NCBI GenBank assembly: GCA_964371945.1
Contig: CAYJPA010000011.1
Coordinates: 12,391-76,390 of the forward strand
DNA: 64,000 nt
Origin: an uncultured Sphaerobacteraceae bacterium
Lineage (GTDB): Bacteria; Chloroflexota; Chloroflexia; Thermomicrobiales; UBA6265
Direction of reading: 5' to 3'
A program made the position numbers and the translations under genes. Positions 11,194 through 21,123 of this stretch are shown in pieces. The stretch's first letter is position 1. Each line of letters begins with the position of its first letter. The notes beneath the pieces are model-generated. The model made no database searches, was not told the origin of the DNA, and saw nothing but the letters and a program-made list of their open reading frames with translations.

Positions 11194-12957
11194 TCAGCCT
11201 CGCTCCATCGTCGAAATGTCACCCTCGGGGAGACCAAGCTCGCGTGCCTTCAGCAGGCGTCGCATGATCTTCCCGCTTCGAGTCTTGGGCACGATGTCGA
11301 GGAAGTCGATCTCCTTGGGCGAAACCGCCGCGCCCAGTCGCTTCCGTCCAAACCCAAGGAGCTCCATGCGCAGGTCTTCGCTCGGCACATATGGCGGTTT
11401 GAGCGATACGAATGCTTTGACGATCTCTCCGATGGTCGGATCCGGTTTGCCGATCACGCCCGCTTCGGCGACCGCCGGGTGCTCCATCAACGCGCTCTCG
11501 ACCTCGAACGGCCCTATCAGATGACCCGCGGACTTGATCACATCGTCGGCCCGTCCCACGAACCAGTAATACCCGTCGCGGTCGCGACGGGCGAGGTCGC
11601 CCGTGAGATACCAGCCGCCCGCGAAGCACTTCTTGTAGCGCTCGTCTTCGTGCAGATACCCGCGGAACATCGACGGCCAGCCCGGTTTCAGGGCTAATTC
11701 ACCCTGCACGCCTGGTTCCTTGATCTCCTCGACCGGCTTCCCTTCCTCGTGGCGAACGATCGCCGCGGTAATCCCTGGAAGCGGCCGTCCCATCGAACCG
11801 GGCCGGATGTCCATCGCGGCGTAGTTCGAAATCATGATCCCGCCGGTTTCGGTCTGCCACCAGTTGTCATGAATCGGCATCCCGAACGCTTCTTGACCCC
11901 AAACGACGGCTTCCGGGTTAAGCGGCTCGCCAACGCTGGCAACGAAGCGCAAGGAGCTGAGGTCGTATTTGTGGGCGACCTCGGCTCCAATCTTCATCAT
12001 CATGCGGATCGCGGTCGGCGCGGTGTACCAAACTGTGACGCCTTGATCCTGCACATTGCGATACCAACGCTCCGCTTCGAATTCGGCCTCGTCGACGATG
12101 CTCGTCACGCCATGCGTGAGGGGCGCGATGATGCCGTAGGAGGTGCCGGTCACCCAGCCCGGATCGGCGGTGCACCAGAAGACGTCATCCGGATGAAGAT
12201 CGAGGGCGTACTCTCCGGTCGCGTAGTGAGCCAAAACCGCTTGATGGACGTGGATCGCTCCTTTCGGCATTCCGGTGGTGCCGCTCGTGAAATGGAGGAG
12301 CGCGGGAACTTCCGGATCGGTCGGTCCGATGGTGTACTCATCGCCGGCCTCCACCATCAGCGGCGCGTAATCCAGCGTGCCTGGGATGTCCGCGTCCTCT
12401 CCGCCGGTTCGCACGATCACAACACGCTCGAGTCCAGGCAGCTGATCGCGAATGCTTGCTACTTTCTGTTTATAGAGCAGATCGGTGGTCACCAGCACCT
12501 TCGCGTCGCCACGCGCGAGGCGTTGACGAATCGGCTCGGGACCAAACGCCGAGAAGAGCGGGCAGAAGACGCTCCTATTCTTGAGGGTTCCCAGGGCGGT
12601 CAGGTAAAGCTCGGGAATACGGCCGGCGAGCGTGAAAACCCGATCGCCTTTGCCAACGTTCAGTGTCTGGAGAACATTGGCAATTCGATTTGATTGCCGG
12701 CGAAGGTCGTCGTAGGTGAATTCCCGCATCTCGCCTCGCTTGCCCAGCCAGCGAAGCGCGAGGTGATCGCGCCGCGAACCGACCGCGTGCCGGTCGACCG
12801 CTTCGTGCGCGATATTGAGTCCCTTCCCGCCGGGCAGTCCGTCGAGCTCATCGCGCACCGCATTCCATGCGAACGCCGAGTAGACCTGCTCGTAGTCGAC
12901 CAGATTGGGTGAAATCTTCCAGTTCTCACATGACTTGACAATTGGCTCCCAGGGCAT
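11194..12957 (-). CDS. acsA: acetyl-CoA synthetase (AMP-forming, Bacillus AcsA type)
   Basis: [16 protein letters not shown]-binding motif, [30 protein letters not shown]. Collinear with my recollection of B. subtilis AcsA, including the C-terminal [10 protein letters not shown]. Confidence 0.9.
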   Translation of the reverse strand: MPWEPIVKSCENWKISPNLVDYEQVYSAFAWNAVRDELDGLPGGKGLNIAHEAVDRHAVGSRRDHLALRWLGKRGEMREFTYDDLRRQSNRIANVLQTLNVGKGDRVFTLAGRIPELYLTALGTLKNRSVFCPLFSAFGPEPIRQRLARGDAKVLVTTDLLYKQKVASIRDQLPGLERVVIVRTGGEDADIPGTLDYAPLMVEAGDEYTIGPTDPEVPALLHFTSGTTGMPKGAIHVHQAVLAHYATGEYALDLHPDDVFWCTADPGWVTGTSYGIIAPLTHGVTSIVDEAEFEAERWYRNVQDQGVTVWYTAPTAIRMMMKIGAEVAHKYDLSSLRFVASVGEPLNPEAVVWGQEAFGMPIHDNWWQTETGGIMISNYAAMDIRPGSMGRPLPGITAAIVRHEEGKPVEEIKEPGVQGELALKPGWPSMFRGYLHEDERYKKCFAGGWYLTGDLARRDRDGYYWFVGRADDVIKSAGHLIGPFEVESALMEHPAVAEAGVIGKPDPTIGEIVKAFVSLKPPYVPSEDLRMELLGFGRKRLGAAVSPKEIDFLDIVPKTRSGKIMRRLLKARELGLPEGDISTMERG

Positions 12958-13225
12958 CGGTCGCCTCCTTTCGGAGCGTTCTCAGTTGACGTCCAGCACG
13001 GTCCGGCATGACCCACTGACGTTCGCCCTTTGCTTAGTTCAAGCTACCGATGACGCCGCCCAAGTAGCATGACGGAACGGGTTCTCTCCGTTGCAACAAC
13101 GTCAACGGCGAACGATTCCCGGCGGCGTTAAGAGTCGTGAAGAAGAATCGATATCGAGAACTGGCACAACGCAAGACTCAGCGCCAAGGCTGGCGCCTTG
13201 ACGCTGAATCAATCGCATGAGGAGC

Positions 13226-13247
13226 GGTGGGCTCCTGGAAGCCCACC
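13226..13247 (-). terminator. stem-loop downstream of the hsp20 gene (possible weak terminator)
   Basis: GGTGGGCT-N6-AGCCCACC 8-bp hairpin 19 nt after the stop at 13266. Only a weak U-containing tail follows on the minus-strand RNA. Confidence 0.3.
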
Positions 13248-13265
13248 ACCATTGGTGCGAATACG

Positions 13266-13757
13266 TTAGCTGATGGCGATCTTCTTGGGCTCGAGCTCTT
13301 TGGCCTCCTGTTTCGGCACCTTCACCTCGAGCACGCCGTCCGCATACGTCGCTTCGATCTTCTCTTCGGTCACCCCTTCGGGAAGCGGCAACCTGCGGTA
13401 GAAGCTGCCGTACGACCGCTCCATGCGGTAGTAGTCTTTCTCTTCGACCTTCTCTTCGCTTTTTCGCTCGCCACGGACGACCAGATCGCCGTTTTCGACC
13501 GAAATGTCGATATCCTCTTTCTTCATCCCCGGCAGCTCAGCTTTCACAACGAGGTTGCCGTTTTGTTGGAAGACATCGACTCGCGGAGACCATGTGCTGG
13601 GCAGCTCGGCCATCCTGCGAAGTGGCCGGAATGACGGCCATCGTCCGCCCCAGAACTGCTCAAGCTCATTCTGCGCCTGCGTAAAGAGATCATATGGGTC
13701 CCACCGGCGTGGTCTCGTCTCTTCGGTTTTCGCCGGCGCCATCGTCTTTTCGCTCAT
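13266..13757 (-). CDS. Hsp20/alpha-crystallin family small heat-shock protein
   Basis: Alpha-crystallin core (PRVDVFQQNGNLVVKAELPGMKKEDIDISV...YGSFYRRLPLPEGV...ATYADGVLEVKVPK). ATG 13757 is preceded by AAGGAG. Confidence 0.85.
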   Translation of the reverse strand: MSEKTMAPAKTEETRPRRWDPYDLFTQAQNELEQFWGGRWPSFRPLRRMAELPSTWSPRVDVFQQNGNLVVKAELPGMKKEDIDISVENGDLVVRGERKSEEKVEEKDYYRMERSYGSFYRRLPLPEGVTEEKIEATYADGVLEVKVPKQEAKELEPKKIAIS

Positions 13758-13871
13758 CTCATTGCTCCTTTTCAACGCTCGAACCCGCTCGCTGGCGTTC
13801 ATCTGAATCAGTACCGGCCGCCGGTTCAGCCCCAAACGCGACGATACGATGTCGCGCCGGTTGGCTCTCGA

Positions 13872-14537
13872 TCACAGCGGCCGGACCTCGATGTCATTCG
13901 TCACCCGCATGACGCCTTTGGCCTTCCAGGCGGCCTCGGTTGCGGACTGTTTCTCGGCCCACGAGCGCACGGTCCCCGCCAACCGGACGTGGCCGTCCTC
14001 GCTATGTACCTGGATCCGCCCGGCATCGATCTCGGCCGCGCGAACAAGCGCGCGCTCGATCCCGGACTTGATCTCGAACGCCGACACCTTCGGCTGTTTG
14101 ATCGTGATTTGGTTGATGACCTCTCGCACTCCCGCGAGATACCGGACACTGCCCGCCGCGGCAGTGCGCTGGTATTCCCAGTTCACCGTCCCGGTCAGCG
14201 CGATTTTGCCGTTCTTGACGGTGATGTCGATCGCGCCGGCGGGGATCAGCGTGTTTGACTCGAGCGAGTCAGCAGCAGCCTTCGCGATATCGGTGTCGGT
14301 GTGTGCACCGGCCCGCTTGACGCTGAGGTCATCGGCAACCGCGCGGACGCCTTCGACGCGCTGAGCCGCTCGCTCCGCGGCAAGTTTTTTCGGGTATGTC
14401 TCGACGATTCCGGTCAGGGTGACGACCCCCTCGTCGACTTCGACTCCGACTTCTGTTGGTTCAATCTGCGGATCCCACTCGAACTCCTCGAGTACATCCC
14501 GTTGAATATCCGTATCGGACCTGATTAGCGTGAGCAT
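13872..14537 (-). CDS. BON-domain (OsmY-like) stress protein, three BON repeats
   Basis: Repeated V...V.V.DG.VTLTG.V pattern (GVVTLTGIV, GKIALTGTV, GHVRLAGTV). ATG 14537 is preceded by AGGAGGA. Confidence 0.8.
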   Translation of the reverse strand: MLTLIRSDTDIQRDVLEEFEWDPQIEPTEVGVEVDEGVVTLTGIVETYPKKLAAERAAQRVEGVRAVADDLSVKRAGAHTDTDIAKAAADSLESNTLIPAGAIDITVKNGKIALTGTVNWEYQRTAAAGSVRYLAGVREVINQITIKQPKVSAFEIKSGIERALVRAAEIDAGRIQVHSEDGHVRLAGTVRSWAEKQSATEAAWKAKGVMRVTNDIEVRPL

Positions 14538-14767
14538 GGCGTTCCTCCTAGCAAACAAAGTGAGGGAAGCGCGGCGGCGGGAAATCAAACACGGCCGCGA
14601 TGCCGGTCAGCGTCACCGTTCCTATAGACCTCTTCGCGTTTCGTTGTCGTCAAGCACGCCGGATTGTTGTTCCAATTTCGCCACAATCATCGGTCACAAA
14701 CGCGTGACTAGGAGAACAAAGCGGTTTCGGTTGCGCTATAGTCGGGTGGTCGCTGGAGTACATCGCC

Positions 14768-15964
14768 GTGCTGACGATCAATGAAGAACCGGACCCGAAG
14801 CAACAGCTGGCCTCGACAGTTGGCGGCGCTCCCGTGATCGTCGATTCGGCACAGATCGGGCTCCTCTTTACCGCTCTCGAGCGAAGGAATTACCGCGTTC
14901 TGGGTCCGACTGTCCGCGATGGCGCGATCGTCTACGACCAGATTCGCACGGTCGAGGATCTACCCATCGGGTGGACCGATCGCCAGGATGGCGGAACATA
15001 CCGGCTCCTCCGGCGCGACGACGATGCGCTTTTTGGCTATGCGGTCGGCCCGCATTCCTGGAAGCAATTCCTCTTTCCCCCCGAGCTTCTTTTATGGCGA
15101 GCCAGACGGACGCTCGACGGCGGATTCTCCATCGACCCCGAAGCCGAGCAATCGCAGCCCTTCGCATTCATCGGCGTTCGCTCCTGCGAGCTCCATGCCA
15201 TTGCCATTCAGGATCGGGTCTTTCTCGGTGGGAATACCGTCGACCCGGTCTATGCCGCCCGCCGCGAGCGCGCGTTCTTGGTCGCGGTCAATTGCGGTCA
15301 TCCGGCGGGAACATGTTTCTGCGTTTCGATGGAGACCGGCCCGCGCGCAACCACCGGTTTCGACCTGTCGCTGACCGAAGTGATTGAACAAGGACGGCCC
15401 TACTTCGTCGTCGAGACCGGCACCGATCGGGGCGCGGAGGTTCTGCAAGAGATCCCACACCGCGCTGGAACGGTCGAAGAACAAGTGGCAGGCGATCGCG
15501 TTTCTGAACTGGCAGCCGGCAAAATGGGCCGCCAGATGGATACATCCGGCATCAAGGAGCTGCTCTACCGCAACGCCGAGCATCCTCGTTGGGCCGGCGT
15601 GGCGTCGCGCTGCTTGAGCTGCGCCAACTGCACAATGGTCTGCCCCACGTGCTTCTGCTCGACCGTCGAGGACACCAGTGACTTGACCGGAGATGTTTCG
15701 GATCGGGTACGGCACTGGGATTCCTGCTTCTCGCTCGATCACTCATACATTCACGGCGGCAGCGTGCGCCCATCGTCATCTGCCCGCTACCGCCAATGGC
15801 TTACCCACAAACTCGGCAGCTGGATCGATCAGTTCGGCTCTTCCGGCTGCGTCGGTTGCGGACGTTGCATCACATGGTGTCCAGTGGCAATCGATATCAC
15901 CGAGGAAGTTCGCGCTATTCGTGAGACCGATATCGCGGGAACAACCTCGCCGTCGGAGGGATAG
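14768..15964 (+). CDS. [NiFe]-hydrogenase group-3b-like beta subunit (AsrA/HydB-like 4Fe-4S protein)
   Basis: Two ferredoxin-type clusters, CLSCANCTMVCPTCFC and CVGCGRCITWCP. First gene of the hydrogenase operon. GTG start. Confidence 0.75.
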   Translation: MLTINEEPDPKQQLASTVGGAPVIVDSAQIGLLFTALERRNYRVLGPTVRDGAIVYDQIRTVEDLPIGWTDRQDGGTYRLLRRDDDALFGYAVGPHSWKQFLFPPELLLWRARRTLDGGFSIDPEAEQSQPFAFIGVRSCELHAIAIQDRVFLGGNTVDPVYAARRERAFLVAVNCGHPAGTCFCVSMETGPRATTGFDLSLTEVIEQGRPYFVVETGTDRGAEVLQEIPHRAGTVEEQVAGDRVSELAAGKMGRQMDTSGIKELLYRNAEHPRWAGVASRCLSCANCTMVCPTCFCSTVEDTSDLTGDVSDRVRHWDSCFSLDHSYIHGGSVRPSSSARYRQWLTHKLGSWIDQFGSSGCVGCGRCITWCPVAIDITEEVRAIRETDIAGTTSPSEG

Positions 15965-15966
15965 GC

Positions 15967-16428
15967 ATGGACATCGAGCAGCTCCTGATGCGGCAATCGT
16001 TCTTCGAGTACATGGAACCGGCTCATCTGCGGACGGTCTCCGGCTGTGCCGGCGAACGGGACTTCAACCCAGGCGAGCTCATCCTCCGCGAGGGCGATTA
16101 CGCGGCTACCTTCTATCTCATTCGCGAAGGTTCGGTCTCACTGGAAACGCACGTTGCCGGCAGTGGCTCGATCACCATCCAGACACTTGGCCCAGGCGAC
16201 ATCCTTGGCTGGTCCTGGCTCTTTCCACCGTATCGCTGGCACTTCGATGCGCGCGTGCTCACCCCGACATCGACGCTCGAGTTCAACGGCGCCTGTCTTC
16301 GCCAGCAATGCGACGACGACCCCGCGCTTGGATACGACATCATGAAACGCGCCGCGCAAACGATCATCGAGCGTCTTCAAGCCTCACGACTCCAGCTCAT
16401 GGGTATCACCGAATATGCTCCACGCTGA
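15967..16428 (+). CDS. cyclic-nucleotide-binding-like domain protein (domain only, no DNA-binding domain)
   Basis: 153 aa beta-roll cNMP-like fold (GELILREGDYAATFYLIREGSVSLE...LGPGDILGWSWL). Starts 2 nt after the beta subunit stop. Confidence 0.75.
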   Translation: MDIEQLLMRQSFFEYMEPAHLRTVSGCAGERDFNPGELILREGDYAATFYLIREGSVSLETHVAGSGSITIQTLGPGDILGWSWLFPPYRWHFDARVLTPTSTLEFNGACLRQQCDDDPALGYDIMKRAAQTIIERLQASRLQLMGITEYAPR

Positions 16429-16453
16429 CGCCATCCCTCAAACGCGGTCATCG

Positions 16454-17263
16454 ATGATCCCGCGCCCATTCGTCGTCCAGCGGGTCCGGCGTGAAACGGC
16501 AGACACCGTCACGATCGAGCTGTTACCCCAATCCTCCACGGAAACCTTCACATTTGCCGCCGGTCAGTTCTCGATGCTTTATCGATTCGGAGCCGGCGAG
16601 GTGGCGATCTCGATCAGTGGTGACCCAACCAGACCACTGCCGTTGGTCCACACTGTCCGAGGCGTTGGAGCGGTCAGCAACGCCATCCGCGCGGTGAAAC
16701 GTGGTGATGTGGTCGGAGTGCGCGGTCCCTTCGGAGCCGGATGGCCGGTTTCATTGCTGGATGGACAGGATGTCGTCATCGTCGCCGGTGGGCTGGGACT
16801 TGCCCCCCTCCGCCCGGTGGTCTATCAACTCCTTGCCGAGCGGCCGCGATATGGCCGCATTCTGCTCCTTTACGGCACCCGGTCGCCGGACAACATGCTC
16901 TACACACAAGAGCTTGAGCGCTGGAAGAAGCTCCTCGATCTCGAGGTCACAGTCGACCGCGGTGACGAAAGCTGGACGGGTCATGTCGGGGTCGTGACGA
17001 CGCTCCTCGCCAAAGAGCGCCTCGATCCGCCGCGGACCGTCGCGCTCATGTGCGGCCCCGAGGTGATGATGCGCTTCACCCTGCGCGAGCTCGAGCGGCA
17101 AGCGATCCCGCGCGACCGAATGTTCGTCTCGCTCGAACGAAGCCTGAAATGCGCTGTCCGGCTCTGCGGGCACTGCCAGCTCGGACCCGCGTTCATTTGC
17201 GCTGACGGTCCGGTCTTTCGCTACGATCGAATTCAGCCCTTCATGACGATTCGTGAGTACTGA
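16454..17263 (+). CDS. hydrogenase gamma subunit (AsrB/HydG-like FAD/NAD(P)-binding 2Fe-2S oxidoreductase)
   Basis: Ferredoxin-reductase fold ([25 protein letters not shown]) and C-terminal Cys cluster [12 protein letters not shown]...C. ATG 16415 is an alternative start. Confidence 0.8.
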   Translation: MIPRPFVVQRVRRETADTVTIELLPQSSTETFTFAAGQFSMLYRFGAGEVAISISGDPTRPLPLVHTVRGVGAVSNAIRAVKRGDVVGVRGPFGAGWPVSLLDGQDVVIVAGGLGLAPLRPVVYQLLAERPRYGRILLLYGTRSPDNMLYTQELERWKKLLDLEVTVDRGDESWTGHVGVVTTLLAKERLDPPRTVALMCGPEVMMRFTLRELERQAIPRDRMFVSLERSLKCAVRLCGHCQLGPAFICADGPVFRYDRIQPFMTIREY

Positions 17264-17264
17264 C

Positions 17265-18068
17265 ATGGCGACGACACGCCGTCCCAAACTCGCCGTCTGG
17301 AAATTCGCCTCGTGCGACGGCTGCCAGCTCACCCTCCTCGACTGCGAGGATGAGCTGCTGGCGATCGCGGGCAAAGTGGAGATCGCCCATTTTCTCGAGG
17401 CCTCGCGAGCAACGGTCCGCGGACCGTACGACCTGTCTCTTGTCGAGGGGTCGATCACAACGCCCACGGACGTCGAGCGGATCAAGAAAATACGATCGAT
17501 CTCGAAGTTTCTGGTGACCATCGGCGCTTGCGCAAATGCCGGCGGGATACAGGCGCTGCGCAACTTCGCCGGCGTCGAAGGATTTCTGAAAATCGTCTAC
17601 GCCAATCCGAGCTACATCGAAACGCTCTCCACCTCGACCCCGATATCAGCCCATGTGCCGGTCGATTTCGAGCTGCAAGGCTGCCCGATAAACAAATACC
17701 AATTGATCGAATTGCTCTCGGCTTATCTCCACGGGCGACGGCCGAATATCCCAACGCACAGCGTCTGTATCGAATGTAAACGGCGCGGCACGCCGTGCAT
17801 CATGGTGACCAAGGGGATTCCATGTCTCGGTCCGGTCACCCATGCCGGCTGCGGGGCGATCTGCCCGGCTTACGCCCGGGGCTGCTACGGGTGCTACGGT
17901 CCGATGGAGACTCCGAATACCGCCGGGCTAAGCACATGGCTCATTGGTCACGGAACCTCCGAGGCCAACATCGTCCGGTTGTATCGCACCTTCAATGCCG
18001 GCGCGAACGCATTTCGCGAAGAGAGCATGAGCCATGACGCACCAGCGGCGAACGATCCGGGTCGATAA
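17265..18068 (+). CDS. [NiFe]-hydrogenase small (delta) subunit, NuoB-like
   Basis: [28 protein letters not shown], and distal Cys clusters. ATG lies 1 nt after the gamma subunit stop. Confidence 0.85.
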   Translation: MATTRRPKLAVWKFASCDGCQLTLLDCEDELLAIAGKVEIAHFLEASRATVRGPYDLSLVEGSITTPTDVERIKKIRSISKFLVTIGACANAGGIQALRNFAGVEGFLKIVYANPSYIETLSTSTPISAHVPVDFELQGCPINKYQLIELLSAYLHGRRPNIPTHSVCIECKRRGTPCIMVTKGIPCLGPVTHAGCGAICPAYARGCYGCYGPMETPNTAGLSTWLIGHGTSEANIVRLYRTFNAGANAFREESMSHDAPAANDPGR

Positions 18069-19329
18069 CCTCACCCGCGTCGAAGGAGAAGGCGGTTTAC
18101 GGATCACCATCCGTGACGACCGCGTGACTGACGTGAAGCTGCGCATCTTCGAGCCACCGCGCTTTTTCGAGGCGCTCTTGCGCGGGCGTCACTTCACCGA
18201 AGCGCCGGATATCACCGCCCGCATCTGTGGAATTTGCCCTGTTGCCTATCAGATGAGCGCGGTTCATGCCATGGAAGACGCCCGCGGCGTAACCGTGGAC
18301 GGTCCATTGCGAGATCTGCGAAGGCTCCTGTACTGCGGCGAGTGGATTCAAAGTCACGCCTTGCACGTCTACCTGCTCCACGCGCCCGACTTTCTCGGCT
18401 ATCAAAGCGCGATCGAAATGGCTCAAGACCACAGAGAAATCGTCGAGCAGGGTTTGGAGCTTAAGAAGATCGGCAACGAATTGATGGTGGTGATCGGCGG
18501 CCGCGCGATTCACCCGATCAACGTCAAGGTCGGCGGTTTTTTTCGCGCGCCCACCAAACGTGAGCTCGAACCGGTTGCCGAGCGGCTGAAGTGGGCCCGC
18601 GAAGCGGCCGTCGCTACAGTCAGATTGGCGTCCACCTTTTCGTTCCCGGAGTTCGAGCCGGACTACGAGCTCGTCGCGCTTCACCATCCAGATGAATATC
18701 CGTTCAATGAAGGGCGTCTTGTTTCGAACCGGGGCCTGGACATTTCGGTTCCGGAGTATGCCGATCACTTCGTCGAGGAGCACGTTGCCCATTCGAATGC
18801 GCTCCATGCGCGGCTGCGAGCCCGCGGCTCCTACCTTGTGGGCCCTCTGGCTCGCTTTGCGCTCAACTTCGCGCTCCTCACCCCGCTTGCCAAAGAAGTG
18901 GCCGCCGAGATCGGACTAGACCAGACCTGTCGCAATCCCTTCAAGAGCATCCTCGTCCGCGGCGTCGAGCTGGTCTTCGCCTGTGAAGAAGCACTCCGTC
19001 TGATCTCCGCGTACGGGGAGCCGGAACGACCCGCGGTCGATGTTCCGCCTCGCGCCGGGGTCGGACACGCCTGCACCGAGGCGCCGCGCGGCATCCTCTA
19101 CCATCGGTACGAAATCGACGATGCAGGTCTGATCTTGAGCGCGACCATCATCCCGCCGACCTCGCAGAACCAGATGGCGATCGAAGCCGATCTCCTCGGA
19201 TTCGTGCAAGACCGCCTCGCGCTTTCGCAAGAGGATCTTCAGTGGCAATGCGAGCAATTGATTCGTTCGTATGACCCATGCATCTCGTGCGCGGCCCACT
19301 TCCTTGATCTCGATGTCGACCGTAAATAG
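18034..19329 (+). CDS. [NiFe]-hydrogenase large (alpha) subunit
   Basis: N-terminal RVEGEGGL and [10 protein letters not shown] (CxxC). C-terminal DPCISCAAH nickel-binding motif followed by a short cleavable extension. Confidence 0.9.
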   Translation: MTHQRRTIRVDNLTRVEGEGGLRITIRDDRVTDVKLRIFEPPRFFEALLRGRHFTEAPDITARICGICPVAYQMSAVHAMEDARGVTVDGPLRDLRRLLYCGEWIQSHALHVYLLHAPDFLGYQSAIEMAQDHREIVEQGLELKKIGNELMVVIGGRAIHPINVKVGGFFRAPTKRELEPVAERLKWAREAAVATVRLASTFSFPEFEPDYELVALHHPDEYPFNEGRLVSNRGLDISVPEYADHFVEEHVAHSNALHARLRARGSYLVGPLARFALNFALLTPLAKEVAAEIGLDQTCRNPFKSILVRGVELVFACEEALRLISAYGEPERPAVDVPPRAGVGHACTEAPRGILYHRYEIDDAGLILSATIIPPTSQNQMAIEADLLGFVQDRLALSQEDLQWQCEQLIRSYDPCISCAAHFLDLDVDRK

Positions 19330-19828
19330 CGCTGCCCACGCACGAGTCATCGGGATCGGCAACCAGTACCGATCCGATGACGCCGCGGGACTTCATGCCG
19401 CCCGGCGGGTGCGGGAGTTGTCCCCGACAGGCGTGGACGTCGTCGAGCTCGACGGCGAGGCGACCGATCTGATTCACGCCTGGGAGGATTCGGATTTGGT
19501 CGTCGTGGTCGATGCCGTCTCGGCCGAAGGAACGCCGGGGAGCATCGTTCGCTTCGAAGTCGGAGTCGATCCGATCCCTCCGGTCTTCGATCGCTACTCG
19601 ACCCATCTATTTGGAATTGGAGAAGCCATTGCATTGGGTCAGGCGCTCTCGCGGTTGCCACGACGGCTTATCGTTTACGGCATACTCGGGGAGCATTTTG
19701 GGTGGGGAGAAATCCTCTCCGATTCCGTTGAAGCCGCGATCGACGATCTGGCAAAGAGAGTGGTCGAGGATCTGGGCGGTATGATGGATGAAGAAGCTCG
19801 GCTGATGAAAACGAACGTCGAGGCTTGA
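19313..19828 (+). CDS. hydrogenase maturation endopeptidase (HoxW/HycI family)
   Basis: [15 protein letters not shown] and VVVVDAV motifs. ATG 19313 overlaps the large-subunit stop. Confidence 0.8.
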   Translation: MSTVNSAAHARVIGIGNQYRSDDAAGLHAARRVRELSPTGVDVVELDGEATDLIHAWEDSDLVVVVDAVSAEGTPGSIVRFEVGVDPIPPVFDRYSTHLFGIGEAIALGQALSRLPRRLIVYGILGEHFGWGEILSDSVEAAIDDLAKRVVEDLGGMMDEEARLMKTNVEA

Positions 19829-19843
19829 AAGGAGCGGGCGACC

Positions 19844-20110
19844 ATGTGTCAGGCCGCGCCGGTGCGTGTGACGAGAGTTGAAGGTGAGCGAGCCTGGATC
19901 GCCTCCGGGAGCGGCGAGCGAGCGATCTCTCTGCTCGGCGTCGATAATGTTGTTGCAGGCGACTACGTTCTTGCGCACGCCGGTTTGGCGTTGACCCGGC
20001 TGGACCCTAATGACGCGGCCGCGATTCTAGCCACCTTCGCGGAGATCGAGGCGCTCAGCGCGCCTGAAGATCGGGAATCCGCGGCCGGCAGTTCGGAGCC
20101 GGGCGAATGA
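19844..20110 (+). CDS. hypC: HypC/HupF family hydrogenase assembly chaperone
   Basis: Begins MCQAAPVRV (essential Cys2). GDYVLAHAGLAL motif. Confidence 0.85.
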   Translation: MCQAAPVRVTRVEGERAWIASGSGERAISLLGVDNVVAGDYVLAHAGLALTRLDPNDAAAILATFAEIEALSAPEDRESAAGSSEPGE

Positions 20111-20859
20111 CCAGCTTGAGCCTGCCATCCGCATCGTTCGCGGGCACCCTCCGCTTCATCCGGTACGGCTTCATGCCTAATCACCTTCGCTATTGCGGAG
20201 GCGACGACAACCGCACGCTGTTCGACTACGGAACCGAAGGCTTTGTGGACAGCGGCGTCCCTCCGTTGCTCCATCAGTTCACCGGCGCGCTGCCGTACCT
20301 CAAGCTCATCGCCCGCGAGAACGACATCCTGGACCCGTTCGACGACCGGGTGGTAGAGGCCTACTGGCTTGGCAACGATCTCCTCGATCGAGTCGAGGCG
20401 CGCCAGCTCTACGACGATCTCCGCGAGCGTCTCGCCAGGCATCTCCCCGGCAAAGACCTCGACCTGATCCTCGGCAAGCCTCCAGCAGGCGCCAGACCGC
20501 ACCACAACTTCCATGTCTTCGATGTGCATAGCCGGATCGGTGAATTGGAGCACTCCCTGGAAACGATGGACCAGTGCCGCGTGAGCTGGGGCAAGGTTCA
20601 AAGCGTCGACGGTTCGATGCTCGTGGTCGAGCGGCAACCACTACTGCTCCTGGATGGCAAACTCATTCTCGGTCCGCCGGAGATCGTGCCGGTGACGAGG
20701 CAGATCGAAGGCCGCGGTTTTGCCGAGGCAGTGGCTCCCGGCGACTGGGTGTCGCTTCACTGGGGATGGGTTTGCGAACCGATCACCAACATCCAGCAGG
20801 CGCGGCTCGCGCGCGAAACCGCCCACCACTTGCGCTTAGCCAACGAGACAATCTCATGA
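20107..20859 (+). CDS. conserved hypothetical protein linked to hydrogenase maturation (DUF6390-like)
   Basis: ATGA overlap with hypC. N-terminal RYGFMPNHLRYCGG motif. The C-terminal third (GDWVSLHWGWVCEPI) resembles a HypC-like barrel. Confidence 0.6.
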   Translation: MTSLSLPSASFAGTLRFIRYGFMPNHLRYCGGDDNRTLFDYGTEGFVDSGVPPLLHQFTGALPYLKLIARENDILDPFDDRVVEAYWLGNDLLDRVEARQLYDDLRERLARHLPGKDLDLILGKPPAGARPHHNFHVFDVHSRIGELEHSLETMDQCRVSWGKVQSVDGSMLVVERQPLLLLDGKLILGPPEIVPVTRQIEGRGFAEAVAPGDWVSLHWGWVCEPITNIQQARLARETAHHLRLANETIS

Positions 20860-20931
20860 CGATGATCGTATGTCGAGGTAATCGGCCGCACTGATGCTCC
20901 GGAAGGCTGGCCGTCGTAAGAGTCTCCAGTC

Positions 20932-21123
20932 CTATCGCTTGATCGAACCGGCGAGCAGTCCTTTGATGAAGAACCGCCCCATCAGCACGTAAATGATCAT
21001 CGTCGGCAATGCCGCAATCACCGCCCCGCCCATCACCACGGTCCAGTCGACCGAGCTGGTGCCGGACAGATTGTTGAGAGCCACAGTGATGACCTGGTCG
21101 GCCGGCAGGATATGAATTCCAGA
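20932..21123 (-). pseudogene. C-terminal remnant of a carbohydrate ABC transporter permease (MalG/UgpE-like)
   Basis: Open frame with no start, bounded by an upstream TAA at 21124..21126. It translates to ILPADQVITVALNNLSGTSSVDWTVVMGGAVIAALPTMIIYVLMGRFFIKGLLAGSIKR*, the typical last TM and tail of binding-protein-dependent sugar permeases. Not listed in the ORF track. Confidence 0.55.

Noticed and set aside
11749-12693. 314-aa plus-strand ORF
   Set aside because: Antisense to acsA, whose AMP-binding motifs are unambiguous. Shadow ORF.
16751-17563. 270-aa minus-strand ORF across the hydrogenase gamma/small-subunit junction
   Set aside because: Antisense to two strongly supported hydrogenase genes, with no motif.
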